Positions 27,494 through 37,312 of a DNA stretch of 64,000 nt are shown piece by piece. Every line of letters starts with the position of its first letter. The first letter of the stretch is position 1. Source of the stretch: a virus. Taxonomy: Duplodnaviria > Caudoviricetes. A program made the translations under genes and the position numbers. The notes under the pieces are model-generated. The model ran no database searches and had not been told where the DNA came from. It saw only the letters and a program-made list of their open reading frames with translations. Location: the IMG/VR virus record IMGVR_UViG_3300028197_000002. The stretch is one strand, 5' to 3'.

Positions 27494-27618
27494 TTTTAAT
27501 TGCTTCATTCATTGCGTTGTTAATTGGTTGTAAAGGTTTGTTTATTTTTACTTTTTTTGTAGTTTAATGATTGTTCTTTCTAAATATTATTTTATAATTT
27601 GAAAGCGTAAGGAACTTT

Positions 27619-27855
27619 ATGAGCAAATCTTGGTTAGGTGATTTTAATGTCATTGATAAAACTAAAGATCATCATAAAAGTGAATTACAAAAAAATAAAG
27701 AGAGGCAGTGTCGTCTAGAGATTAAAATCGTTTGTAATTCACTTCAAAGTGTTTTTAATTTAATAGATAATAAAATAGGAATTGATTTATTGGGGATTAT
27801 TGCTGTCCTTACAGGCTACGCAATATTCAACATATATTGTTCTTATTATTCTTAA
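27619..27855 (+). CDS. hypothetical membrane protein
   Basis: AAGGA RBS; C-terminal hydrophobic helix. Confidence 0.55.
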   Translation: MSKSWLGDFNVIDKTKDHHKSELQKNKERQCRLEIKIVCNSLQSVFNLIDNKIGIDLLGIIAVLTGYAIFNIYCSYYS

Positions 27856-27872
27856 TCAGTTAGTGGCGTTTA

Positions 27873-28148
27873 GTGGAGTACCTGCGGATGAAGATTCAAG
27901 AGACAGAAAAGAAATTTGGACAAAAACTCATAGTAGTCCAAAAATCAATTGAGTTAGCGTATATTTCTGGTAGCTTTCCTTCTTACCAGTTGGCATGTAA
28001 GAGGGTTGGATATGCTAGAGTAAATAGAAATAAGTTTCATGTAGGCGTGATTTATGATGAAACAGATTCTCTGGAAATTGGCGATGTAGAAGCTCTTGCC
28101 AAAGAAAGTGGATTAAAAATTATTTTAAATGAGAAGTGGAAGTCATAA
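27873..28148 (+). CDS. hypothetical protein
   Basis: ORF track. Confidence 0.55.
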   Translation: MEYLRMKIQETEKKFGQKLIVVQKSIELAYISGSFPSYQLACKRVGYARVNRNKFHVGVIYDETDSLEIGDVEALAKESGLKIILNEKWKS

Positions 28149-28615
28149 TGACTGATGTGCTTTCTGATCGCCCGATGAAAATAAGATACCATTTACAGAA
28201 TGGTATTCATAAAAATCATTGGCAAATTAAAAATATTTTTAATAATTCTATAATTTATCTTGATCCCAAAGATCAGGTTATTCGGCTAACTGATAGTGTT
28301 CTCAAGAACAAACGATCAACAGCCGATAAGATTTATTGTGGAAAAACTAAAACTGTATGTAGTTGGGTACAGTTTAGGGATAGCAAACAGTTAAAAAAAG
28401 ATTATCGACCAAAGAAGCAACTTGTTAAAATAAATTACAACCCTAAAAAAACACCATACTGGAACGCTCAAGATGACCTGAAACGCCGTTACGATCTAGA
28501 CGAGTGTTGGTTTAGCTATTTGTATCTAGGTGCGTTACAAGGCCAGCTAGGAGTTTATGCTTGTAAGGATGAACTATTATCAAAATTCAACACGTTGAAT
28601 TTTGTTTGTTTCTAA
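28136..28615 (+). CDS. hypothetical protein
   Basis: ORF track. Confidence 0.6.
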   Translation: MEVIMTDVLSDRPMKIRYHLQNGIHKNHWQIKNIFNNSIIYLDPKDQVIRLTDSVLKNKRSTADKIYCGKTKTVCSWVQFRDSKQLKKDYRPKKQLVKINYNPKKTPYWNAQDDLKRRYDLDECWFSYLYLGALQGQLGVYACKDELLSKFNTLNFVCF

Positions 28616-28650
28616 GGGCTATTTAAAAATGTATATATTAATATTTAATA

Positions 28651-28658
28651 TATAAATA
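28651..28658 (+). promoter_or_regulatory. T4-type late promoter TATAAATA
   Basis: Exact T4 late consensus 5 nt before ATG 28664. Confidence 0.55.
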
Positions 28659-28663
28659 ATTGC

Positions 28664-29464
28664 ATGATAATTAAAGATAAAAAATTTCTTTGGACTCATC
28701 CGCTAAAAATGGGTGGAACAAGTTTCAGAACAGTTTTAGTAACTCTGTTTAGTGATGGCAACACTCATGCAAGTCAAGGTGGTGGCAAGATAACTCTTAA
28801 TGATGGTCATAGATCATTAAAAAGTCTGTTGAGCATAGACCCCAAATACAAAAAATTTTACAAGGTTAGTTTATGTAGAAATCCGTGGGACAGAGTAGTT
28901 AGTTTCTGGTATCACAATAAGCGTCATATGGTATTGAATCGTGATACTTCTAAAGACTTAATAAATTCAAAATGCCAAGGATTTGCTCCGAGAAATATAG
29001 ATCAAATATTTTGGCAAAGTTGCACTTTTGAAGAATATTTGCAAAGCAAATACATAAATGATCTTTGTCCAAAAAAGTTTTATGTTTTTAATAACATTGA
29101 AGTAGATGAATATATTCGATACGAGCATTTTGAACTTGACATAGCGAATGTATTAAAAAAATTAGGTGTAAAAAGTAGCGAATATAAGCTACAGAACTTT
29201 AGTCACGATACTGCTCGAAAATGGGGAGTAGATGATTATCGAACGTACTACAATGACGACCAAGCTGAATTTATAGGCGAAAAATTTAAATATGAAATTA
29301 AAAAATTTAATTATTTGTTTGACAATGGCTGTAGAAAAAACTCTGAATCATATAAAAATGAATTAAAATCACGCATACGCCAAAACAAAGAAAAAATACA
29401 AAAACTGCAAAAACAAGTAGCTGTTGATGAATCTAAATTAAACAAGGAATACAAAGCAATATGA
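28664..29464 (+). CDS. sulfotransferase family 2 protein
   Basis: FLWTHPLKMGGTS, LCRNPWDRVVSFWY, IRYEHF. Confidence 0.82.
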   Translation: MIIKDKKFLWTHPLKMGGTSFRTVLVTLFSDGNTHASQGGGKITLNDGHRSLKSLLSIDPKYKKFYKVSLCRNPWDRVVSFWYHNKRHMVLNRDTSKDLINSKCQGFAPRNIDQIFWQSCTFEEYLQSKYINDLCPKKFYVFNNIEVDEYIRYEHFELDIANVLKKLGVKSSEYKLQNFSHDTARKWGVDDYRTYYNDDQAEFIGEKFKYEIKKFNYLFDNGCRKNSESYKNELKSRIRQNKEKIQKLQKQVAVDESKLNKEYKAI

Positions 29465-29558
29465 AAAAGTACGAAAAGAAAATTTTATTTTTTTGGTTGT
29501 TTTTTCATTTGTTATTTAATGGGTTGTTTCTTTTTAACGTAACCTTTAAAATAAACCC

Positions 29559-29987
29559 ATGAATCCTTTATTAGAAAAAAAATTAAATCGAAACTTTCCT
29601 GATTTGATACGTAATGATTTGTTTATTGAGTGTCTTGATGGTTGGTATCAAATAATACATGATATGTGTTATTTAATTGAGCAACAAGAGCCACACACTG
29701 TTCCAGTAGGTTATTATTCAACCAATCTTGATTCATCTAATGATATTGAAGTAGAAATAAATCAAATAAAAGAAAAGTTTGGTGGATTAAGAGTTTATTA
29801 TCATGGTGGTAATGATATTGTTGCTGGAATCGTAAAAATGGCAGAAAAACATAGTTTCTCAACATGCGAAAATTGTGGGAATCCAGCAAAGTGTAAAACA
29901 GTAGGTCATTTAACAAAAACAATTTGCAATAATTGTCGAAAATTTATGCAAGCTAAAAGCCTCAATAAGAAAAAATTGAAGCAATGA
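29559..29987 (+). CDS. conserved phage protein with C-terminal Zn ribbon
   Basis: DGWYQII...QIKEKFGGLRVY...CENCG...CNNC. Confidence 0.7.
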   Translation: MNPLLEKKLNRNFPDLIRNDLFIECLDGWYQIIHDMCYLIEQQEPHTVPVGYYSTNLDSSNDIEVEINQIKEKFGGLRVYYHGGNDIVAGIVKMAEKHSFSTCENCGNPAKCKTVGHLTKTICNNCRKFMQAKSLNKKKLKQ

Positions 29988-30199
29988 GCCAACAGCAATT
30001 TGAAGAACGAACAAAGTGGGTCTATGACGAACAGAAATTTCCAGTCTGGAATAAGTCTTTTGATAAAGATGAGCGTGACGAAATGATCCGAGAAGATATA
30101 TGGGTTGGTCGTAGCATCTCATTTTTATTAGCCGCTTTGGTCGGAATTGGTCTGATTCTGGCAAGTCTTACCATTAATTTTATAACCAAATGGCAATAG
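29984..30199 (+). CDS. small membrane protein
   Basis: C-terminal TM helix. Confidence 0.6.
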   Translation: MSQQQFEERTKWVYDEQKFPVWNKSFDKDERDEMIREDIWVGRSISFLLAALVGIGLILASLTINFITKWQ

Positions 30200-30299
30200 C
30201 GATGACTATTTCATAATCCGTCTTAACATTAAACTAATATTAATCTGACATTTGAAATTTCTTAATAGAGAAACACTCTTTATTAAGGAATTTTTCATT

Positions 30300-30695
30300 A
30301 TGAGAACAGCATTTATTTTATTATTTTTAGCATTGTTTCTTGGTTGTGGCAAAAGTTTGCCAGAAATTGAAAGCGTTTCAAATGTTGATGGCAAAATTTT
30401 AATGCCAAATGGTCGAGTTTTAAAACATGGAAGGTTGTTGTTTATTCCAACAGAGCATTATGATGTTGCTAGAAGTTTATCAGTAGACATAAAAGATGAT
30501 GGAAGTTTTAAATCAGAAGATAATTTATATGAAATAAATTATAAAATTATGGTTCTTACTGGAAGTGGAAAAGAACGCAGGTATATTAAAAAGTATGTTC
30601 CTGAAAAATATTATGATCGAGAAGAAGAAGACTCTGATTTATTTATAAATCCTGAAGTTCAAGCAGATAATTTGGTTTTAAAAATGACCAAATAA
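30300..30695 (+). CDS. Planctomycete-type lipoprotein (transthyretin/carboxypeptidase-regulatory-like fold)
   Basis: Lipobox LFLGC; G...L.FIP...I..DGSF...YKIMV...VPEKY. Confidence 0.65.
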   Translation: MRTAFILLFLALFLGCGKSLPEIESVSNVDGKILMPNGRVLKHGRLLFIPTEHYDVARSLSVDIKDDGSFKSEDNLYEINYKIMVLTGSGKERRYIKKYVPEKYYDREEEDSDLFINPEVQADNLVLKMTK

Positions 30696-30764
30696 AATGA
30701 TTTTACTTATTAGAAAGATTATGCTAAAATCATTCTTAGATTTTTTAAAAATGGAGGTTTAAGA

Positions 30765-30989
30765 ATGCCAAGGGGGAAGAAAAGCAGTTGGACTCATGCA
30801 ATTTATTGCGATTATGGGAAGGCAGATGCAAGAATAATTAGACTTAGCTACAGTTCTGTTTCTGCTAAAAATGCTTGGGAAAAAATTTATAAATCTTATA
30901 GTCATAATAACTGGCGATGTTGGCAAGTAACAAAGCGTGGCAAAGTTATAAGAGATAGCAATAAGATTAAAGAAAAGGTACTAAATTAA
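30765..30989 (+). CDS. hypothetical protein
   Basis: GGAGG RBS; preceded by TTTACT-N17-TAAAAT. Confidence 0.65.
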   Translation: MPRGKKSSWTHAIYCDYGKADARIIRLSYSSVSAKNAWEKIYKSYSHNNWRCWQVTKRGKVIRDSNKIKEKVLN

Positions 30990-31346
30990 ATGATGCCAGT
31001 TCCCTACACCGAATGTATTACTTATCCTGATGAATATTACGGACATGATAAAATATTAAGGATAGAGCAATCGTATTATTTAACAGAATACATAGAGGAA
31101 AAAGCTCATAAATTAATAAATTTAGGTGGTAGATTTTTAATTAAGCGTGAAGAAGTTGCAAAGAACAAGTCTGCGAAGAAAACTCCACCGACTTATGGTT
31201 TAAATACTCTTATTTTTTCTACAGATTTAAGTGAGATGTTGTTGCCAGATCATACTAAAATCATATTGAGTAGCGAGAAAGAAACTCGCAAGAATTTTAT
31301 AGTTTTAATTAATTCTTCTTACCACAATATTTTTAAAAATGTATAA
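30990..31346 (+). CDS. hypothetical protein
   Basis: ORF track. Confidence 0.55.
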   Translation: MMPVPYTECITYPDEYYGHDKILRIEQSYYLTEYIEEKAHKLINLGGRFLIKREEVAKNKSAKKTPPTYGLNTLIFSTDLSEMLLPDHTKIILSSEKETRKNFIVLINSSYHNIFKNV

Positions 31347-31545
31347 ATGGACAGAAATTAAAAAGTGGGCTAAAGAAAACAACCTTAGTATTTCTAAGAC
31401 TCCCAAAATAGATGAATTTATCTGGGGAGACAAGAAATATAGCAATTTAAATAAATTAGTCGCTGACTTGTATAATGAACTAACTAATAATGTTCATTTA
31501 GAGCATCAAAAAAACTATAAAAAAAACAATAGTAGTTCATGGTAG
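31339..31545 (+). CDS. hypothetical protein
   Basis: ORF track. Confidence 0.55.
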   Translation: MYKWTEIKKWAKENNLSISKTPKIDEFIWGDKKYSNLNKLVADLYNELTNNVHLEHQKNYKKNNSSSW

Positions 31546-31583
31546 GTTTATAGAAACAACTATTTTCGCTATCGGAGTTTTTG

Positions 31584-32486
31584 ATGAGATATGGTCTTTG
31601 TTGTATTGCTTTAGGTTTAGAGCCAAAGAAATTCAGAAAAATGACATACAAGCGATTTAGTAGTTTAGATCGTGATGAGGCGTTATCTATTTTAGGAGAA
31701 CGCATTCTCAACAATATGGAGGTGACAAATGCTAGTATTAGCTACTGTTCAAAACATGATTACTGTTACCGTATTAGTAGTGACCTATTTCCTCTTGTTA
31801 CCTATCGTGCTGCTAATCTCAGTCTTTCTGATCTACCTCAACATGAGCGAATACTACAAGAAATAGAAAGCATAGGCGACAACATAGAGGAAACAAGAGT
31901 CAGAGTTAGTTGTCATCCAAGTGAGTTTAACGTATTGGCTTCTACAAATGAAGATGCTGTAAATCGTACCATTAGAGAGTTAAATTTCTACAGTGATTTT
32001 CTTGATATGCTAGGTTGTCCTGCGGATTATAATTCGCCTATGAACTTGCATATCAACAATCGAGAAGGCAGCAACAATGAAGTTGTAGCCAGATTCAAAA
32101 AGAACTTTGCTAGGCTTGATGAAAATTGTCAAAAAAGAATTGTTATTGAGAATGATGATAAACTTAATTGTTGGAGCGTAAAACAATTAATTGAGGACTT
32201 TCACCCAGAAACCAAAATTCCTATTACCTTTGATTATTTACATCATGCTTGTCATCCTGACGGTTGGACTGAGCAACAAGCTATTAGATTTTGCCATTTA
32301 ACATGGCCTACGAAACCTTTGTTTCATTATAGCGAGTCTGCTGTAGGTAACAATCCAAGAAAACATGCAGAATTTGCGATGCAAGAATTTAACTCTTATG
32401 ATTTAGATTTTGATTTAGACATGGAATTAAAAATGAAAGATGTAGCTATAGATTATTATTTGACAGAAGTTGTAAAAAAAACATGA
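31584..32486 (+). CDS. uvsE: UV damage endonuclease UvsE (UvdE)
   Basis: GLCCI, YRISSDLFP, RVSCHP, NLHI, VIENDDK, FDYLHH, PLFHYSES. Confidence 0.93.
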   Translation: MRYGLCCIALGLEPKKFRKMTYKRFSSLDRDEALSILGERILNNMEVTNASISYCSKHDYCYRISSDLFPLVTYRAANLSLSDLPQHERILQEIESIGDNIEETRVRVSCHPSEFNVLASTNEDAVNRTIRELNFYSDFLDMLGCPADYNSPMNLHINNREGSNNEVVARFKKNFARLDENCQKRIVIENDDKLNCWSVKQLIEDFHPETKIPITFDYLHHACHPDGWTEQQAIRFCHLTWPTKPLFHYSESAVGNNPRKHAEFAMQEFNSYDLDFDLDMELKMKDVAIDYYLTEVVKKT

Positions 32487-32488
32487 AG

Positions 32489-32500
32489 TAGTTTGCGGTA
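32489..32500 (+). promoter_or_regulatory. phage promoter motif (TAGTTTGCGGTA)
   Basis: Family member. Confidence 0.8.
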
Positions 32501-32533
32501 TGGATATGCTTTGACTTTCGAAGGAAATACATA

Positions 32534-32812
32534 GTGAAAAAAATAGTAAAATCTTTTTTAAAAAAATCTAAAGGCAAGCCATCAGAATTGTCTGAGCATG
32601 ATAGAATGCTTTACGATTATGGCAATAAAGTTAAATGGGTAGATGTTAAACTTCATCTTACGCATAGTGAAGTTGAAGAATTTTTTGGTGAAAGATGCAA
32701 TAGTTATGAGCCTTCGTGTTCAATTTGTAAAAATTGGATTCAATGGGACGAAAAAGGAACAGCTACAATTTCTTTGCTAAGAAATGAAGTGATTGAATTG
32801 CTTAGGCAGTAA
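32534..32812 (+). CDS. hypothetical protein
   Basis: AAGGA RBS, GTG start. Confidence 0.6.
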   Translation: MKKIVKSFLKKSKGKPSELSEHDRMLYDYGNKVKWVDVKLHLTHSEVEEFFGERCNSYEPSCSICKNWIQWDEKGTATISLLRNEVIELLRQ

Positions 32813-32814
32813 AA

Positions 32815-33333
32815 ATGATAAATATAACTTTTACAACAGAACAAGTAGTCGATTTAATCACTCTTTTGAAGAAAGAGTTGATTGCTACGGTTCCTTTGAC
32901 TGAAAAAAATGATAGTGATTCTCCCAATCTTGCAATTCAGAATTATAACGAACAATTTCTACTGCTTCAAAAATTACAAAAAACAATTTCCAAGGCAATG
33001 AATGAGGATGGTCATTGGTACGTTGTGAATAAAGTTGGCAATATTTCAAAAACATTCGCAGCTACAAAGGCTTTAAAGAAAATTTTTAAAGAACATAATA
33101 AATGTAGTGATAAATTAGGGCGTGATGAGTTTAGTTTAAGTAATATTAAGAAGTTTCTTGAAGTAAATCAGTCTTATAGGCATGGCGTTACACCATGTTT
33201 AGATTATAATGTGGCATTGGAAGTTTATTTGGAATTAACTAATTTTGGCTGTATTTGCGAATTAGTAAGAGTTGAAGAAATTGAATTTAATGATAATTAT
33301 GCTCCTTGGCCTTCGTCTGAACCACCATTTTAA
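32815..33333 (+). CDS. hypothetical protein
   Basis: ORF track. Confidence 0.6.
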   Translation: MINITFTTEQVVDLITLLKKELIATVPLTEKNDSDSPNLAIQNYNEQFLLLQKLQKTISKAMNEDGHWYVVNKVGNISKTFAATKALKKIFKEHNKCSDKLGRDEFSLSNIKKFLEVNQSYRHGVTPCLDYNVALEVYLELTNFGCICELVRVEEIEFNDNYAPWPSSEPPF

Positions 33334-33343
33334 AAAACAAAAT

Positions 33344-33355
33344 TAGTTTGCGGTA
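33344..33355 (+). promoter_or_regulatory. phage promoter motif (TAGTTTGCGGTA)
   Basis: Family member. Confidence 0.8.
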
Positions 33356-33424
33356 GATATGGAAACTCAAATTAAAAAAACCAAAAATACCTGTGACGAC
33401 TTCTTAATTGATGGAATTGAATAA

Positions 33425-33694
33425 ATGTTAAGTGATTATGACAAAGCAAACGTAGCCCAGATTTTGTCTGGACATGGCGATTGGTTTACAGCAAAACTCA
33501 TGCGGCTAATTGCTGGCTCTGATTCTTTGAATCGAGAAAAACTATTTCAAGTTTTTCCAGAAGTAGTTGTTTGCGTTAGTGATTTTCAAAGAATCTCGAT
33601 TCAATATAGTAGAAGAAAGTTTTCAAACCCTTCATATGGAATGAACAACAATCTTTCATTAGAAGAATGGAAAGATTTATCTAACAAAAATTAA
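33425..33694 (+). CDS. hypothetical protein
   Basis: ORF track. Confidence 0.6.
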   Translation: MLSDYDKANVAQILSGHGDWFTAKLMRLIAGSDSLNREKLFQVFPEVVVCVSDFQRISIQYSRRKFSNPSYGMNNNLSLEEWKDLSNKN

Positions 33695-33727
33695 CGCAAT
33701 GCAAAAATTTAGAAAAAGAAGTTTAAT

Positions 33728-34243
33728 ATGATTCTTTATGAAAAAGCAAAAAAGGTTGCAAAAGACGCTCATCAAAGCATTGGTCAAGTAAGAAAGTACA
33801 ACGGAAAGCCTTACTATCATCATCCTTTAGCTGTTGCAGAGTTGGTTTCTTTAGTTACTGATGATGAGAACGTGCTTGCTGCTGCTGCTTTGCATGATGT
33901 TCTTGAAGATGTAACGCCTTTTAATAAAAAATACAACAAGGATTTTATAGAAAAAGAATTTGGGTATGAGGTTTTAAATTTAGTTATTGAATTAACTAAT
34001 CAGTACGAAAAGTCAGCGTATCCTAATTTGAACAGAAAAAGTAGAAAGTTTCTAGAATCTCAAAGAATCAGTAAAATTAGCGAGAAGGCAAAAATAGTTA
34101 AAAGAGCAGATTTGCACCATAACAGTCAAGAAATGCCTTCGGACAACAAATTTTGCAAACTTTGGATTGAAGAAAAAAAAGAAATTGAAAAATTAATCGG
34201 ATCATGGTCTGATTTTTTAAAACAATGCGTCGATATTGAGTAG
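33728..34243 (+). CDS. HD-domain (p)ppGpp hydrolase-like protein (RelA/SpoT HD, Mesh1/SAH-like)
   Basis: RKY.G.PY..HP..VA, AAALHDVLED, V.ELT, VKRAD..HN. Confidence 0.85.
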   Translation: MILYEKAKKVAKDAHQSIGQVRKYNGKPYYHHPLAVAELVSLVTDDENVLAAAALHDVLEDVTPFNKKYNKDFIEKEFGYEVLNLVIELTNQYEKSAYPNLNRKSRKFLESQRISKISEKAKIVKRADLHHNSQEMPSDNKFCKLWIEEKKEIEKLIGSWSDFLKQCVDIE

Positions 34244-34314
34244 TTTTGATTAATGTTTACTTTTGAGAAAAATAAACTAAAATTATTTAGACAATTTTTC
34301 CAAACAAGAAAGGG

Positions 34315-34821
34315 TTGATTATTATGGGAATGGACGTTTCTTCTGATTCAGGAGTAGTTTTTGAAATTTCTGATGTTGTACCAAACATTTTAGAATCCTT
34401 GACAGATGCTCAAGTGAAAAGTTCTGTTACTAGATTGAAAAAGAAGTATCAAGATAATTGGCCTACAAAAAAAGAAGAGTTAGATAAAATTTCATCTAGC
34501 GAAGATTTATCTAACTGGTTTCTAGAAGCGATTGTTGTCACTCCCGATGACGATAACGACGAAGGATTTGATACCTATGGCATATCAGCTATTTGGGATC
34601 ATATTATGGCTGCTTCAAAGTGCAAACTGCCAGATGCAAATTTTCATTATTGGACAAGTTCAAGACTGTCTGATTACGAAGTTCCTATAGAAACTCCATG
34701 TATTGTTTTTGAGGAATACGGTCTTTTTGCGACTAAAATGACCGCTAAGGGCAAAAAACTTGCCGCTACATTAGGTGTTAGTGAAATCAACACTAGCACA
34801 TGGACTACTTTGAGTTATTAA
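34315..34821 (+). CDS. hypothetical protein, paralog of 35009
   Basis: Shared MG.D...S start and GK.LA.TLG..E....TWT..SY end. Confidence 0.7.
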   Translation: MIIMGMDVSSDSGVVFEISDVVPNILESLTDAQVKSSVTRLKKKYQDNWPTKKEELDKISSSEDLSNWFLEAIVVTPDDDNDEGFDTYGISAIWDHIMAASKCKLPDANFHYWTSSRLSDYEVPIETPCIVFEEYGLFATKMTAKGKKLAATLGVSEINTSTWTTLSY

Positions 34822-34836
34822 GAAAAAAATAGAAAG

Positions 34837-34848
34837 TAGTTTATGGTA
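34837..34848 (+). promoter_or_regulatory. phage promoter motif (TAGTTTATGGTA)
   Basis: Family member. Confidence 0.8.
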
Positions 34849-34875
34849 TAATAAGAAGACACAGGTAAACCTGTT

Positions 34876-34991
34876 TATTGAAGTGGGTGGCGAGACTACA
34901 ATTTCGGTGTAGTCCAAAACCATAACCGAGCGACATGATATATCATCCCTTTGTGGAGTTTGCGTAAGTTGGAAAGCCATTTGCTTCAATA
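34876..34991 (+). ncRNA. candidate structured RNA (leader or sRNA)
   Basis: 16-bp closing stem with four G.U pairs on + strand; inner hairpin GACTACA/TGTAGTC. Confidence 0.45.
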
Positions 34992-35008
34992 GCTAGAAAG
35001 AAAGAAAA

Positions 35009-35518
35009 ATGGGAAGTGATATTTATACCGAATCTGCTATAGCAGTTCGTTTTGAAGATTTTTTAAATCGAAAAGAAATTAGTCTAAAGAAAAATAGACG
35101 AAAAATAGTCGATGAACTTGTTGAAAAACAACTTATAGATGCTCAAAAAGCATCTGAAAAAGAATCTGAAATGATTGAAACAAAAAACGGTTTTATATCC
35201 CACCTTTTATCAGAAATTTCATTTGAAGATTCATCTGGATGGGAAAATGAAGAAGAAGCGTATAGACATTCTGATATTATAAAAGTTTTTTGCTCCAACA
35301 CTGGAATAGACTACAACAAGAAACTTGTGGATTTTAATTTCAGAAAGTTCCAAAATTCCAGAGAGTCAGGACGCGATGTAGAAATTAACACTATCTATAT
35401 CATGTTTGATTCAAACGGAATGTTTGAAACAAAACCAACTAAAGAAGGAAAAGAATTGGCTAAAACCCTTGGCATTAAAGAATTAAGTGAAACTACTTGG
35501 ACTGTCCATAGTTATTAG
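35009..35518 (+). CDS. hypothetical protein, paralog of 34315
   Basis: See 34315. Confidence 0.7.
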   Translation: MGSDIYTESAIAVRFEDFLNRKEISLKKNRRKIVDELVEKQLIDAQKASEKESEMIETKNGFISHLLSEISFEDSSGWENEEEAYRHSDIIKVFCSNTGIDYNKKLVDFNFRKFQNSRESGRDVEINTIYIMFDSNGMFETKPTKEGKELAKTLGIKELSETTWTVHSY

Positions 35519-35527
35519 GGAGAATGA

Positions 35528-35764
35528 TTGGAAATGGATTTCATAGAGAAGCGTAAAAAAATATCAATCATAAGATTGTTAGAAGAAAATATAAACAAAA
35601 AAGTAAATTTAGTTTTAAAGAAAAAAGAATGCGACAATTCCTTTGTAAGAAAAGTTACCATTGTAGCTGTAGGTTCGAGATTTGTTGTTTGCAAAGGTTT
35701 AAGTGGAATGGAATGGTCTTATCCAATAGATGATAGTGAAATGGAAATATTAAGAGTAGAATAA
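35528..35764 (+). CDS. hypothetical protein
   Basis: ORF track. Confidence 0.55.
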   Translation: MEMDFIEKRKKISIIRLLEENINKKVNLVLKKKECDNSFVRKVTIVAVGSRFVVCKGLSGMEWSYPIDDSEMEILRVE

Positions 35765-36412
35765 ATGACAAGAATCAAGCCAAAAAGAAAAAGTTCTTAT
35801 CAAAAATGGACTAAGTTTATTTTTGACGAAGAAGCTACAAGGTCTTATAGAGATCGAATAATTGGAACTAATTCCAATGAAGTCACCTACGCAGAAATTT
35901 TTACTAACAAGTCTCATTCTGTTATCGTGACTCCCATGAGTATTGAGCATGAAATGAAGGGATGGATTTCTCTTTCTATAAAAAGACACGATAGAAAAGC
36001 GGAATGCGATTGGAGAATATTTCAAAGAATCAAAAATGATTTGGTAGGAGAAAAAAGAGAAGCGGTACAGTTGTTCCCTTCTATGGATCGAGTGTTAGAT
36101 ACAGCGAATCAATACTTCTTATGGGTCGCTCCTGAAAAGCATATCTTTGGGATTGGACAAGTAGAACAAGAAGTGTCTGATGAGGTTTATGCAAACAAAG
36201 TAGGAAGCGTACAGCGTCCTTTTGCTGACTCTGATCCACTAGGGAAATTAGTAGATAATGGAGAAAGAAGTAAAACGGTAGGATCATTTCCTCTGCCTGT
36301 CTTCCCAGAAGGTTATATGGACTTGATGAAAGTGTATTTCCAAGCCCAAAAACAATCTCAAGAAAAAGGAATGGAATCTAATGGGAGCTTTAACGAAGAA
36401 AAGAATGATTAG
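35765..36412 (+). CDS. conserved phage protein
   Basis: LSIKRHDR....DWR.FQRIKNDLVG...EAVQLFPS..R..D.ANQY.LW pattern widespread in phages. Confidence 0.7.
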   Translation: MTRIKPKRKSSYQKWTKFIFDEEATRSYRDRIIGTNSNEVTYAEIFTNKSHSVIVTPMSIEHEMKGWISLSIKRHDRKAECDWRIFQRIKNDLVGEKREAVQLFPSMDRVLDTANQYFLWVAPEKHIFGIGQVEQEVSDEVYANKVGSVQRPFADSDPLGKLVDNGERSKTVGSFPLPVFPEGYMDLMKVYFQAQKQSQEKGMESNGSFNEEKND

Positions 36413-36635
36413 GTTTGTTGATCTTCAAAAGTATGCTGGAGAAAATTCTTATACTGTAAAAAAGATCAAAAGTAGATGTTTTATGTGGAAAAAAAATAAT
36501 ACTAAAGCATTTAGAATTGCAAAATCAGTAAAGGAAACTTTTGAAGAAATATCTGCTGAAATTGAATACAGAAAATCTGAAGTTGAATACAGAAAAGTAT
36601 GTAAAACATTTAGACTTTTAAGCGAAGGTTTTTGA
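36381..36635 (+). CDS. hypothetical protein
   Basis: ORF track. Confidence 0.5.
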   Translation: MGALTKKRMIRFVDLQKYAGENSYTVKKIKSRCFMWKKNNTKAFRIAKSVKETFEEISAEIEYRKSEVEYRKVCKTFRLLSEGF

Positions 36636-37267
36636 TGAAAGACAAAAAATTTAGTATACAAAATTTGGCTTTAGAAGAAAATCAAAAATTTCATATTTTT
36701 CAATATCAATATTTATTAGACATGAAAGACAAGATATTTCATGCTCTTGGAGATGATGAATTAAGAAAAGAAATACTTCAAAAAGTAAATTCTTGTTTTC
36801 AAAAAGATTACAATGATAGTTTGGCGGGAGAGATTGCTTTAGAGCATTTATTGACGAATGATGAATTGTCTGTGAAGATAAGAAAATTTTTAAGTTCAAG
36901 AGTGGGCTATAGTATGAAAGGGCAAGTTAGAGATGTGGAGATAAAACCAAAGAACGCAATCCACAATGACATTTGGCTAAACAGAATGGAGGCTAATGAG
37001 TATAACCCTGCTCATGTTCATGGAGGTTTTTTAAGTTGGATTTGGTACATCGACATACCAGAAGAAATCAGAAAAGAATCAAACAACAATAAATCAATGG
37101 GCTTAGTAGAATTTAAATCATGTAGGTCAAATGAACTTATGAGATTTAATCCTAGTTCAAACGATTTTTTAATGTTCAATGCTGACCACATGCACACTGT
37201 TTATCCGTTTCGGTCAAATGTAACTAGAATATCTCTCGCAGGAAATATCCATGAAGTAATTTATTGA
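36632..37267 (+). CDS. putative 2OG-Fe(II) oxygenase
   Basis: WLN.M...EYNP.HxH, S..WY..IP, H.VYPF, RISLAGN. Confidence 0.85.
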   Translation: MMKDKKFSIQNLALEENQKFHIFQYQYLLDMKDKIFHALGDDELRKEILQKVNSCFQKDYNDSLAGEIALEHLLTNDELSVKIRKFLSSRVGYSMKGQVRDVEIKPKNAIHNDIWLNRMEANEYNPAHVHGGFLSWIWYIDIPEEIRKESNNNKSMGLVEFKSCRSNELMRFNPSSNDFLMFNADHMHTVYPFRSNVTRISLAGNIHEVIY

Positions 37268-37281
37268 GAAAAAATACGTTT

Positions 37282-37293
37282 TAGTTTATGGTA
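37282..37293 (+). promoter_or_regulatory. phage promoter motif (TAGTTTATGGTA)
   Basis: Family member. Confidence 0.75.
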
Positions 37294-37312
37294 AAGTAAA
37301 GGAACAAATAAG

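Noticed and set aside
34239-34250. TAGTTTTGATTA as a promoter-motif copy
   Set aside because: Lacks the GGTA/GTA end and the upstream A-tract.
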